Below, one piece after another: positions 1 to 9,244 of a DNA stretch of 41,862 nt. The position numbers and the translations under genes were made by a program. The stretch comes from an uncultured virus (IMG/VR IMGVR_UViG_3300030333_006991) (Duplodnaviria > Heunggongvirae > Uroviricota > Caudoviricetes). The notes beneath the pieces were generated by a model. It had not been told where the DNA came from. It searched no databases and saw nothing but the letters and a program-made list of their open reading frames with translations. The stretch lies in IMG/VR virus record IMGVR_UViG_3300030333_006991. One strand, 5' to 3'. Every line of letters begins with the position of its first letter. The first letter of the stretch is position 1.

Positions 1-681
1 AGCCGCAGGTTTGTATTGGAGATTGTGATACAACATTACCTCTTCGATATACCGTTCAACCTCGGCAGATTCCATTATAGGAACACTAAGTCCGAAATCT
101 CTCCTCAAGTAATCAGCCAAAAGAACAGATAATGCTTGACCTGTTCCTCCTGCTGAACGAATCGGACCTGCGAAGTTGATAGCAAGACATTTAGAACCGT
201 CTTTGTTTTTCAAGATGTGGCAATCCACAACGCCTTCCAAAGGAGCCACAAGAATCCCTTCCGTGACGACAGCCAAACCTGCACACACACCATGATATAT
301 GGCTACTCCAATATCAATATCCGTGCTATTCCCTTTTACATTGTTGAAGCGAACCTCTAAATCTTCCGCACTCAACGAGTAATCATCAACAATCGTTTCA
401 CGACAAACGAGCCGAGCGATGTCTATGGCGACTAATTCACGGTTGCCATCGTGTTTATCGTTCAAATGTCTAATTTGTTCAGCCGTTTGCCTCCCCTCTA
501 AGAACGAGAGTAATTGTTGAACACGGGAAGCCATATCTTTCGCTTGAGGTATTTCGACCCTCATTCTTGAATCGTGACCTTTTTTCCTACACGCTTCTGC
601 AAGAGTGTAAATATCATCCACATCACTTTGTAAACTATCCAAATAATCGGATTGTGAAGTAGACATAGAAACATTCGTCAT
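1..681 (-). CDS. polC: DNA polymerase D large subunit DP2 (PolD2), N-terminal ~227 aa; gene runs off the left edge
   Basis: Not in the ORF track; translated manually from ATG 681 (alt. 666): ...SQSDYLDSLQSDVDDIYTLAEACRKKGHDSRMRVEIPQAKDMASRVQQLL...GLAVVTEGILVAPLEGVV...INFAGPIRSAGGTGQALSVLLADYLRR...EVERYIEEV. AGPIRSAGGT and TEGxxxAPLEG are DP2 N-terminal signatures. Confidence 0.96.
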   Translation of the reverse strand, partial: MTNVSMSTSQSDYLDSLQSDVDDIYTLAEACRKKGHDSRMRVEIPQAKDMASRVQQLLSFLEGRQTAEQIRHLNDKHDGNRELVAIDIARLVCRETIVDDYSLSAEDLEVRFNNVKGNSTDIDIGVAIYHGVCAGLAVVTEGILVAPLEGVVDCHILKNKDGSKCLAINFAGPIRSAGGTGQALSVLLADYLRRDFGLSVPIMESAEVERYIEEVMLYHNLQYKPAA

Positions 682-705
682 ACTTCTATGTAGGACACCA
701 TGTAT

Positions 706-1026
706 TTAATTCTGTCGTATCTCTACATTGTAACCATCTGAAAGCAGGATTTCTTTGGCTCTGCGGATTTGGTTGCCTTGAAGCACGATACAGTCGTCTT
801 TAATCGTCCCACCTGTTGCACATTTCGACTTCAATTTTTTAGCAATCTTTTTCATATCGCTACCTTTCTCAAATCCTTTTACGAGAGTAACCTTTTTGCC
901 GAATCTTCGGACTTCCGTAGAAACAAATAATCGAGAGGCTTCAACATTAAGTTGGTCAAGGATGTCGCCCATACTATCAGGCACAAAACTGTCTAAGTCG
1001 TCTTTCCAACTCATCGGCTCACACAC
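706..1026 (-). CDS. sui1: Translation initiation factor aIF1/SUI1 (YciH family)
   Basis: RRFGKKVTLVKG, KLKSKCATGGTIKD and IVLQGNQ match SUI1 motifs; start may be the ATG at 1014 (MSWKDD). Confidence 0.93.
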   Translation of the reverse strand: MCEPMSWKDDLDSFVPDSMGDILDQLNVEASRLFVSTEVRRFGKKVTLVKGFEKGSDMKKIAKKLKSKCATGGTIKDDCIVLQGNQIRRAKEILLSDGYNVEIRQN

Positions 1027-1054
1027 ATTTCACTTTTCAACTATTTGACTGTTC

Positions 1055-2200
1055 TCAACGACACTCTTCTTCGTCCTTTACATTTACTCTGTAAGGGATT
1101 TTCATAGGAGTTTTTGGATAGTATTCCGCATAACCCTTTTTCAAAACGATGATTTGGAATTTTCCGATAGGTTGGAAATACTTTTTAGCGGCCTCTTTCA
1201 TGGGTAGCAAGCCCACAGGTCGTGGACTCATATTATCATCTACACCCCAATTGTAATCATCATCGAATTGTAAGTCGTATCTTTGGAATATGTTCTCTAA
1301 AGGAGAAATTAAGGTATCATTAGGGTTGGTTCCTCGGCCTGTTGAAAGAATATCTTGAGCGATACGAGGGTCTGTGTTAAAAGAAGTAACCATTGTGGGA
1401 TTCGTCAGAGAAGGGGTTTCCAATCGGTCTTTTAGCATTTGGAAAATCTTGGGAGCATGGCATTCACCAACATCGAGCGCATCAAGAGTGGATTTGAATT
1501 TATCGAAATCAATCTGCCACCATATTTCAGCGTAGTCCTTGTCTAAGTTTTTATCAGTAGCCTTGTTTGGAGATACTTGATTTCTACCAAGTGTGTTTCC
1601 ATTGAATCCCGTCATGGTTCCGTAAACTACAAGACGATGAGTGTAAATAGGTAAGAATTGAGCCTTCCATCTACCCTTGACCTTTTTGATAATGTTCACT
1701 CCATCGTGTTTTACCTTCGACATGGTTCGGACAGTTGTTTTCAATTCTCTTGCTGCCGCAGAAGCCGACTTTCCTTTCGACATAGCCCAAATGAAATCAA
1801 TTTTTTTCTGCAACGGCATCCTACGGATGAAAACCTGACCTCTCGGCCCTCGCCTAACGGTTCTAATCCCTTCTCTTTGAAGATACCTGTAAACGGTTCT
1901 TCTGTCCGTGCCAACCATTTTAGCCGCTCTATCCACTCCTATTCCTCTTCTTTCCATAAGAGCAAGTGCCTTTTTCACACGACCTATAACAGCAGGTGAT
2001 TGTTTCGGAATATCCTCAATGCCGATTTGAAATGATTTTCCCGCTCCTGAGCGCACAATTCTTTTACCTTGTTCTTGAAGGTATCTGTAAACCGTTCTTC
2101 GGTCTGTTCCTACGGACTTTGCAGCCGCATCAACACCCATATTTTGGTCTTTAATGAGTTTGATGGCCTGTAAGACCCTTTTTACAGCCTGTTCATCCAT
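1055..2200 (-). CDS. Protein with three tandem helix-turn-helix repeats and an unknown C-terminal domain
   Basis: VDAAAKSVGTDRRTVYRYL, VDRAAKMVGTDRRTVYRYL and ASAAARELKTTVRTMSKV; very basic N-terminal half. Confidence 0.75.
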   Translation of the reverse strand: MDEQAVKRVLQAIKLIKDQNMGVDAAAKSVGTDRRTVYRYLQEQGKRIVRSGAGKSFQIGIEDIPKQSPAVIGRVKKALALMERRGIGVDRAAKMVGTDRRTVYRYLQREGIRTVRRGPRGQVFIRRMPLQKKIDFIWAMSKGKSASAAARELKTTVRTMSKVKHDGVNIIKKVKGRWKAQFLPIYTHRLVVYGTMTGFNGNTLGRNQVSPNKATDKNLDKDYAEIWWQIDFDKFKSTLDALDVGECHAPKIFQMLKDRLETPSLTNPTMVTSFNTDPRIAQDILSTGRGTNPNDTLISPLENIFQRYDLQFDDDYNWGVDDNMSPRPVGLLPMKEAAKKYFQPIGKFQIIVLKKGYAEYYPKTPMKIPYRVNVKDEEECR

Positions 2201-2250
2201 CTCCCATTACTCCTGCCATGAAACATATAACCCTTCCCTCGCCATAGGGG

Positions 2251-2499
2251 TCAATCAAGAGGATGACGAATGTTTTTATCTCCTAATGTCCAACGGAGTG
2301 TTTTCACCACACCTTGTAATGCTTTGAAGTTGCGAGCGTGATACATACACTTTTTTGACCTTTTAGGGTATTTGTGCATTTCCACTTCATGGTAATTCAT
2401 TGTCCTTTCGGCCTTGTCGAGCATATCCTCAATTTCTTCCCATGTTCGGTCATAAGTGAAATGCTCAGAATCTTGATGGTCGGACAGTAATTTACCCAT
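2251..2499 (-). CDS. Small hypothetical protein (82 aa)
   Basis: Clean ORF with an upstream BRE-TATA-like GAAAGTTAAATAC (2528-2540). Confidence 0.75.
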   Translation of the reverse strand: MGKLLSDHQDSEHFTYDRTWEEIEDMLDKAERTMNYHEVEMHKYPKRSKKCMYHARNFKALQGVVKTLRWTLGDKNIRHPLD

Positions 2500-2555
2500 G
2501 TTATCACAACCCTATCTGACCCACATAGTATTTAACTTTCTCCTCTATTTGAATC

Positions 2556-4382
2556 TTAATCTTTTGATTCAAGAGATTCCAAGAGAGCGTCACTAATTGT
2601 ATCACCATCACCTTCTGTAATCAACTTCTCAGAAGATAGATTCCATCCATCCGAGATTTCGTTAGTAATAGCAAAACTTGTTTGCTCAGGTGCTTCATCT
2701 GAACAAGTTATCCACACATCACCCACTTCTTGCAGATATTGTTTATCTTTCAATTCTCTCAGACAAGAGGTGACGGTATTTAGTTTCACCTTGAGTATCT
2801 GTGAGAGTGTGGCGGCATCTACCGCCCCTCTTTCTTTGACTTCCAAATAGATGCTACGCAAAAGAGGACTTAAATCAAGGTTCAAATCTTGAAGGTCGAA
2901 GTGGGCTGAGAGAGTTTTCAACGAATGAAGAACGGCTGAATAAGATTGTCGAATATCCTCGTTTGTAATTTCTACTCGACCATTCAAGCGAGCAAAAGAA
3001 CGACAAAGATTAGCAAACTCTGACCACTTACGATTATCAGGCATTCCTCTTGCGTGGAAAGCATCTTGAAACTCTTGTTTACTTTTCAGAGTATCGAATA
3101 CGGTTTTCACTAAACCGTAGGAGTCGTATACCTTCACAGGAAGTTTGGAAACATACCTCAAGTATTCTTTGAAAAAGGCTTGCCACAGTTTCAAATCTCC
3201 TTTGACGCCACCATAATCATCCATGTTTTTGATGATGATTTCATCAACTAAATCTTGTTTACTTTCTTCAGACAGTTTCAATTGGGTGTAGATTAAGGTT
3301 AAACGAGAGATGATTTGTGGGGTGTATCTTCCAAAGGCTTCCATCATTTCTCTTTTAGACGACTTACCTTCAGTGTAATTATGAGGAGGGTTTCCCATCA
3401 TCAAGATATTCACACAAGTCGGTTTGCGAATATCTAATTTTCCTTTTGTAAGTTGAACATAGCCGTTAGCCATAGCACCCAACATTTCACCAAAAACAGT
3501 ATCTTTCCATAATTGAAACTCCGAGATAGCCAATCTCTCGTTATTCATCTTGGGTAAAAGACCTACATCTACTGAACCTAAATCATCGCCCGACATAGCA
3601 CCTACTAAACCAGGTATTGTAGTCATCTGTCCTGAAGAGGCCACACCACAAGGAACAAGAGGTTGAATGACTTTTTCAACAAGAGTGTCCTTTCCTTCTC
3701 CATGCGAAGTAATGATACCTATGTGTATCAATTCATCTTTTTTGAATGGTGAAAGGCAAAACAATAAGATGGCTTTCTTGATGTAATCAGGAGCGTAAAA
3801 CTTATCCCACAAAGTATTCATCATTAAATCTAATGGAGTTATCTCAGCCTTCTTACACTTCCTCAAAAAGGTATCGAATTGTTTAGAGGTTAGATGAGAT
3901 TGTTTAGAATCTTCATCACAGGTGATAGTGTCTACAATAAATAGTCGCTTTGTTTTGTAGGATTGAAAACGACCTTTTACACGGAGCCTTTGACCGTCAT
4001 ACTGTGCCTGAGATAACAAATCAAGAGCGTTCTTGAATTGCTCAGGGTCATCCCAACCACCTTTCAGTTGTTTATCGGTTCCGTTATGAATAGCACAAGG
4101 AGCCGCTCTTTGACCGTCACCAATAGCAAACTCAACAATAACACTATCAGAAGGAGAAACAGGTTCGTTTTTCGTCTTCTTAGGTTTAGCCATAGGATTG
4201 ATAGACAACCTGATAACAAAGCCTGAACCTTCGACTTCTTCACCCGTTACAGACGACAAGAAAACTTCAGACATACCTTGTTCAAGAGTGGGAAAACCTT
4301 CGACCTGCTTTTCGACCCAATTCCGAATATCAGTAGGAATTTTGGCAGACATTTGGGAACCCTCAATTACATAGAGTGGCAT
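2556..4382 (-). CDS. mcm: Divergent MCM-family AAA+ helicase with C-terminal winged helix
   Basis: Colinear MCM motifs: HIGIITSHGEGKD (Walker A), SSGQMTTIPGL, GLLPKMNNERLAISEF (Walker B), GAMANGYVQLTKG, ILMMGNP (sensor 1), IISRLTL (Arg finger), RKWSEFANLCRSFARLNGRVEITNEDI (sensor 2). Start may be at MSAKIP (~4352). Confidence 0.82.
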   Translation of the reverse strand: MPLYVIEGSQMSAKIPTDIRNWVEKQVEGFPTLEQGMSEVFLSSVTGEEVEGSGFVIRLSINPMAKPKKTKNEPVSPSDSVIVEFAIGDGQRAAPCAIHNGTDKQLKGGWDDPEQFKNALDLLSQAQYDGQRLRVKGRFQSYKTKRLFIVDTITCDEDSKQSHLTSKQFDTFLRKCKKAEITPLDLMMNTLWDKFYAPDYIKKAILLFCLSPFKKDELIHIGIITSHGEGKDTLVEKVIQPLVPCGVASSGQMTTIPGLVGAMSGDDLGSVDVGLLPKMNNERLAISEFQLWKDTVFGEMLGAMANGYVQLTKGKLDIRKPTCVNILMMGNPPHNYTEGKSSKREMMEAFGRYTPQIISRLTLIYTQLKLSEESKQDLVDEIIIKNMDDYGGVKGDLKLWQAFFKEYLRYVSKLPVKVYDSYGLVKTVFDTLKSKQEFQDAFHARGMPDNRKWSEFANLCRSFARLNGRVEITNEDIRQSYSAVLHSLKTLSAHFDLQDLNLDLSPLLRSIYLEVKERGAVDAATLSQILKVKLNTVTSCLRELKDKQYLQEVGDVWITCSDEAPEQTSFAITNEISDGWNLSSEKLITEGDGDTISDALLESLESKD

Positions 4383-4466
4383 TCAGTATTTATTGGTATG
4401 GATTTTGAAAGGGAGATTTTACTTGGAAAAACGACCCCCTGCGAGGTGGAATAGTGTGTTGAAAAT

Positions 4467-4501
4467 AAAAAAAAGGTGAGGCTCCCTGTGAGAGCCCCAC
4501 C
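4467..4501 (-). terminator. Hairpin plus U-tract terminator-like element
   Basis: Minus strand reads GGTGGGGCTCT-CACAG-GGAGCCTCACC (11 bp stem with two G-U pairs) followed by T8. Confidence 0.7.
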
Positions 4502-4756
4502 AAAGTTGGTTCTTTTGTTGGTTGTTGCATACTTTTGGACATTCATCACAGGTTAGTGTCCTCAATGCGGTGGTTCACAGGGGTTTCCCCTCTGTTCACC
4601 ATAGGTTCCTCTTTGTTCTCACGCTGATTCGCCCTTAGGTGCTGATACCCACATATAGTGGATAAGAGTATCTTCTCATCTTAGGTGCTAATGGCTTCGC
4701 CAATGCTAATCCTAACCCTCATATAGAGGGTGTCCGATGAGGAGGGGTATGCCCTC
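4467..4756 (-). ncRNA. Putative structured non-coding RNA (or hairpin-rich origin) downstream of the SSB-like gene
   Basis: At least six stem-loops, including ACAG-A-GGG-GAAA-CCC-CTGT (GNRA loop on the minus strand), two TATAT-loop hairpins, a duplicated AGCACCTAAG and a terminal terminator hairpin; no credible ORF. Confidence 0.5.
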
Positions 4757-5261
4757 ACTCTTCAGCCACAACTTCCTGAAGTTGGTCTTCAGGAACAGGA
4801 GGGACTTCAACAGCCTCACCTGTGTTTGTGATTTGAAGGGACAGGACATTGTATTCATTTCCTGCCTTACTCATCTTCTTGTGACGGACAAATTCAATCT
4901 CAAGAGGGAAGGAAGCACCGTTGCCGATAGCCGCATCCACGGACTTCTTCAATCTTTCCTGCTCAAAAGTGTTGGAAACCCACCATGTAAGGCGTCTTCC
5001 GTCATCAAGGCGAGCAAGAGTTACAGCAGTAGAGTCGTTGTAACCCTTTTGGGAAGGAATGTCGTAGTTTGGTGTTCGGACAATAGCAAGGTTGTTGTAG
5101 TAGTGACCCATTTCCGCATCGAAGCGGTCAGTAACCACTCTCATTTGAGGGCGGTCACTCTTCTGTGCTTCCACTCTCTCAAGGAAAGCGGTTGCTTCGT
5201 CAGTCATTACTACGGGCTCTGCGTTTACATCATCATTCTTTGGCATTCTAATCATCTCCAT
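4755..5261 (-). CDS. Putative single-stranded DNA-binding protein (OB-fold-like, acidic tail)
   Basis: Beta-rich pattern with exposed aromatics (YYNN, TWWVS, IEFVRHKKMSKAGNEYNVL), acidic C-terminus (PEDQLQEVVAEE), next to MCM, strong BRE-TATA upstream. Confidence 0.5.
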   Translation of the reverse strand: MEMIRMPKNDDVNAEPVVMTDEATAFLERVEAQKSDRPQMRVVTDRFDAEMGHYYNNLAIVRTPNYDIPSQKGYNDSTAVTLARLDDGRRLTWWVSNTFEQERLKKSVDAAIGNGASFPLEIEFVRHKKMSKAGNEYNVLSLQITNTGEAVEVPPVPEDQLQEVVAEE

Positions 5262-5300
5262 TTTTGCGTTCTTCGCTAATCTTACCTTCTGCCAACTATG

Positions 5301-5313
5301 GTATAAACTTTCG
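5301..5313 (-). promoter_or_regulatory. Canonical archaeal BRE-TATA promoter (CGAAAGTTTATAC)
   Basis: About 40 nt upstream of the 5261 start; near-identical element at 35485-35500 and similar ones at 2528-2540 and 2224-2236. Confidence 0.7.
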
Positions 5314-5425
5314 CAATTGCTCTAAAGACAACTAAGTTATCTCTTATAGTTACGCCCGTGCGAGTGTGCGTGTTTTGGGTATCAGAGTAGAGTAGAGTTA
5401 AATACAGCGTAAGAGTAGTAGAAGT

Positions 5426-6139
5426 ATGCTAACTTACGGGATTCTCGTTAAGGATGAGTTAGATTATCTTCAACAACTGCTCCCTCGGCTTATAGAGAAT
5501 AAGCATAAGGCAGACAAGATTATGGTTTTGGTGGATGAAGTTAAAACACCTGATGAGGTTTTGAATTATTTGTCGGATTTCTCGCAGGTGCGTGTTGAGG
5601 CTTTCCGCTTTCAACGAGATTTTTCTGCTATGCGAAATTACTTCAAAGAGTTATGTGAAACTCAATGGATGTTTCAAATAGATTGTGACGAGTTACCGTC
5701 AATCCATTTGATAAGGTCACTTAACGATATTCTTTTGCATATAGGTAACGAGGTAGATGCAATTGCGTTGCCCCGAATAAACACTTATGAAGGGCTGACC
5801 GAAGAGTATATTGAAGAAGAGTATTTACAGGTGGTGAGAAACGACAGAGATTGGTATTTTTGGCCTGATTATCAATATCGTTTGTGTAGGTGTGTAAAGG
5901 CGGTTGCGTGGAAAGGCGATATACATGAAACATTAACAGGGTTTCGGGACACTTTGCTGTTGCCACAAGAAGAAGATTACGCTATTCTGCATCACAAAAC
6001 ATTCTCACGGCAACAAAGCCAAACTGAGTTTTATCGCACATTTGAAAACCATGTTAAGTTGGAAACCACGCTGAAGGAGAAGCGAAAACATTTCTCAAAG
6101 CAATTAGAAGCCTTGAGGGAACGCTTCGGTATACAATAG
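5426..6139 (+). CDS. Glycosyltransferase, GT-A fold (family 2-like)
   Basis: LTYGILVKDE, DFSAMRN, WMFQIDCDE (DxD), PRIN, WPDYQYRL, WKGDIHE, ILHHK. Confidence 0.88.
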   Translation: MLTYGILVKDELDYLQQLLPRLIENKHKADKIMVLVDEVKTPDEVLNYLSDFSQVRVEAFRFQRDFSAMRNYFKELCETQWMFQIDCDELPSIHLIRSLNDILLHIGNEVDAIALPRINTYEGLTEEYIEEEYLQVVRNDRDWYFWPDYQYRLCRCVKAVAWKGDIHETLTGFRDTLLLPQEEDYAILHHKTFSRQQSQTEFYRTFENHVKLETTLKEKRKHFSKQLEALRERFGIQ

Positions 6140-6186
6140 TCCATAGGCTAAAATAGTCGGGCGACATAATCATTGTAGGTGTCCTC

Positions 6187-9100
6187 ATGGTTAGCAATCC
6201 GTTACCCCCTGTTATTCAACATTCAGTCCACGCTTTACTGAAGAGGGCTGAGTCACTTGATAGCAATTTTTCCGAGGAAAGAGCGAAGGAAATAGAAGAT
6301 ATGATTGTTCATCTTCACGCTTACTTGACCTCGGATGAAGAGCCGTGGCCCGATTATCGTAAAAGTGTGCCGTGGGATTTAGTAAACCGTGAGTTTTCCA
6401 ATCGCATTACACAGTGGAAGCGTGAAGAGCAAAATCTCAACCCGTATACAGGTAATCCAATTCAACAAATCAAGAGTATCTTAGCGGATGCAAGTTTTCA
6501 CCCTACTATTCTTGAAAACAATGAAGGAGTGACCTTTATCGGTAATCCTAAAAAGGCGGCTGAGAATGTTGAAGCACACATAGAGAGCAATCCTTTCAGT
6601 ATTGTTAAAAACCATAATGGAGGTGTTTTCCTCCGACTCGGTAGTAACTTTACAAGCATGAAACCCTCTTATTCTAAAGGTGGAACCGCCATCTATGAGG
6701 CTGAACAGTTTGATGCTGTTATCAGCGATGTAGCGCATAAAAATCCTGCATTCAAACAATTTTTGACTGAGAGTTTAGGTAGTTTACAGACCTTTGCTAC
6801 TGAAGATTTTGCTGCACCCGATTTTAGTGGTATCAAAACCACGAATACAGAGAATGCGAACATTATAGGCGGTTCTACTACTTCACAAACACAAAGCCCT
6901 GCTCCGAGCGGAAGTGAAACTTCTGATTCTAAGGAGTGTATGATTCCCAATGATTTCCTGAAAATCGTTACTTCTAATTTACATCTTTTACCTCCTGAAG
7001 TTGATACTTTAATCACCAACGAAATCGTTAAGATAGAGTGTCCGAGGGACGACCCTGACCCTGACCCACAACCACCTAAATGCCGTCCTGTTCTGAAAAG
7101 AGAACCTCCTGATGCACGGATGACTCGTATTGATGCTTACAATGCAGTTGATTCAAGTCGCCCTAATGGAGATGGTTTTGGATGGTCTATTGTTGGGCTC
7201 GCTGAGGAACAAGGTCTGTTTGGTCGGACAAGCACTGTTAAAGATGTGTTCAAAATCGCTTCAGGTCAAGCAAGTGTGCGAAAGGTGGCTGAAGTCCCTG
7301 CCGCTCCTGAAGGATGGGTTATGAATGAAACTCTTCCAATTTCTTGCGCTAATTTGGGAGGAGGGAAACTACTTCGGATTCCGTCTGTTTCAGCAGATGC
7401 GTTACCCGCCACAGCAAACTTTATCGGAGGTAAACAAGATGTTTCACCACCTGAAGATGTTCATTACTACAAAGATGGTGCTGATACGCTCTACATAGAA
7501 GTCCGAGATTACAACCCTTCTCTTCATGCTTCTATGTCGTTCACAGTTGGAATTACACATCCACCTTTCGACATGATTACTGATATTAGTAAATTGTTTG
7601 CTATCAATATGACTTTTGGAGATTATGTTGCAGGAACAGGTAAACAATTCGTTCACAATCCTGCGGAAAGTGAGATTCTTCAAGGTAAAGGATTGGCCGA
7701 TGCCGACAAGGTTCTCGCCAAGTTATCCGTTACGGCTGACTCTCCCATTGGTGAAACACTTGAAACGATGTATGATTGGTTATGGAATTGGATTTGTGAG
7801 GAAATCCCAAGAGGAAATCCAAGTATGATTGATGCCTACTTGATGACGAATGCAGGTGCTTGTCGCCACAGAACCTACATTATGTTCCTTGCTTTGAATC
7901 GTTTAGGACTTCCTTGCCGATTCTTAGGTTCTACTTGCCACGCATGGGCTGAGATATGGAATCCTGATACAGGTTCTTGGTTTCAAATGGATTTGAATGG
8001 TTGTGATGGCGACCCTGATGGATGCCCACCATGCACCATTAAAAATCCGTGGTGGGGGTTGCGAGAAAAATGCTGTCCCGAAGGATATGACTTTAACGAA
8101 TCGGGAGAATGTGTAGCAGAAGACGGAAGTGGAGATACCGAAGATGCGATTGATTGTCCTAAATGTATCGCTCGCAAATGTCCTCCCGACTACTATTGTG
8201 ACCCTCGATACGGTAAGTGTATTCCTAATTGCGAAAAGTTGTATGGCTTAGATTACATTTATGTCGGTAAAAGAGATGAATGTGTGAATTGTGCGGATGA
8301 AGACAAAGTTTATGATTACTTAACCGATGATTGTGAGTGTCCTGATTGTCTTGAAGGCTTTTACTTAGATGCGACAGGACACTGTATTGATGAAGATGGC
8401 AACCTCAGTGATGCTGCGCCCGCAGGACTCTACAAAGACCGCACAACTGATACTTGTTTACCAAAAGACGATTGTGATGACTTAATGCCAGGTGCGGTAT
8501 TCAATGAGATTACAGGACGCTGTGAGTGTATGCCTGAAACTGACGAATGGGGTAATGTTGTTCAAGTGAAGAGATGGTCTGATATTGAAGGCAGATGTGT
8601 AGATGATGATGATGAGGATTGTCCTGAAGGTCAAATGATGATTTATGATGCTTCCACAGGAAATTATCGTTGTGTGGATATTCCTGATGATGTGCCATTA
8701 CCGAAGCCTATCCCTCGACCTGACCCTCTCGACCCTGACGGTATAGAAAAGGAAGATGAGGAAGAGGAAGCGGAAGATTTGATATTTGAAGATGATGTAG
8801 TGGTCTTGAAATTAGAAAGATGGGTTAATTTCAAAAATGGAGATATATCCGACACAGACCCACAAAAAGAAGATTTCAAACGGATTCAAACTAAACAATG
8901 CCGTTTACAAGGGCGGAATAAAGAAGGAAAGGTTCACAAGACGGTTTACAATGTCTTCGGTGACTTGCATGATTTGTATGGAAAATGGATGAAAAGGGAT
9001 TTGGATAGAGAGTTAGTTATGGCCGTTCCTCCTAACAGTGATGCTAACCCTGAGTATGTAATCTATTTGGTGGCGTTAAGTGAGAGGCTTGAAGAGGCGA

Positions 9101-9237
9101 AAGCCCATGTTGAATTATGGAAAACGAGTTTACTCGATGCCAAAGATGGTATTTTCGGAGTCCGAATTGAAGAGGTTCCACAAGAGTATGATGTTGATGG
9201 AATCACGGGCGTTTTGTATGCTGTTATCCAAGAGTGA
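6187..9237 (+). CDS. Large protein with transglutaminase-like Cys-His-Asp domain and Cys-rich repeats
   Basis: GACRHRT (Cys), HAWAEIW (His), WFQMD (Asp), followed by about 230 aa of CPEG/CECP-type Cys-rich repeats and Pro/acidic linkers. Confidence 0.8.
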   Translation: MVSNPLPPVIQHSVHALLKRAESLDSNFSEERAKEIEDMIVHLHAYLTSDEEPWPDYRKSVPWDLVNREFSNRITQWKREEQNLNPYTGNPIQQIKSILADASFHPTILENNEGVTFIGNPKKAAENVEAHIESNPFSIVKNHNGGVFLRLGSNFTSMKPSYSKGGTAIYEAEQFDAVISDVAHKNPAFKQFLTESLGSLQTFATEDFAAPDFSGIKTTNTENANIIGGSTTSQTQSPAPSGSETSDSKECMIPNDFLKIVTSNLHLLPPEVDTLITNEIVKIECPRDDPDPDPQPPKCRPVLKREPPDARMTRIDAYNAVDSSRPNGDGFGWSIVGLAEEQGLFGRTSTVKDVFKIASGQASVRKVAEVPAAPEGWVMNETLPISCANLGGGKLLRIPSVSADALPATANFIGGKQDVSPPEDVHYYKDGADTLYIEVRDYNPSLHASMSFTVGITHPPFDMITDISKLFAINMTFGDYVAGTGKQFVHNPAESEILQGKGLADADKVLAKLSVTADSPIGETLETMYDWLWNWICEEIPRGNPSMIDAYLMTNAGACRHRTYIMFLALNRLGLPCRFLGSTCHAWAEIWNPDTGSWFQMDLNGCDGDPDGCPPCTIKNPWWGLREKCCPEGYDFNESGECVAEDGSGDTEDAIDCPKCIARKCPPDYYCDPRYGKCIPNCEKLYGLDYIYVGKRDECVNCADEDKVYDYLTDDCECPDCLEGFYLDATGHCIDEDGNLSDAAPAGLYKDRTTDTCLPKDDCDDLMPGAVFNEITGRCECMPETDEWGNVVQVKRWSDIEGRCVDDDDEDCPEGQMMIYDASTGNYRCVDIPDDVPLPKPIPRPDPLDPDGIEKEDEEEEAEDLIFEDDVVVLKLERWVNFKNGDISDTDPQKEDFKRIQTKQCRLQGRNKEGKVHKTVYNVFGDLHDLYGKWMKRDLDRELVMAVPPNSDANPEYVIYLVALSERLEEAKAHVELWKTSLLDAKDGIFGVRIEEVPQEYDVDGITGVLYAVIQE

Positions 9238-9244
9238 TTGCGGC

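Noticed and set aside
4467..4756. tRNA, SRP RNA, hammerhead ribozyme or telomere-like (CCTAACCC) identity for the structured region
   Set aside because: No T-loop GTTCRA cloverleaf, SRP helix-8 motif or CTGANGA...GAAA core recognised; CCTAACCC occurs once as part of adjacent hairpin arms.
4737..5279. 180-aa plus-strand ORF
   Set aside because: Antisense shadow of the SSB-like gene, which has the promoter and protein-like composition.
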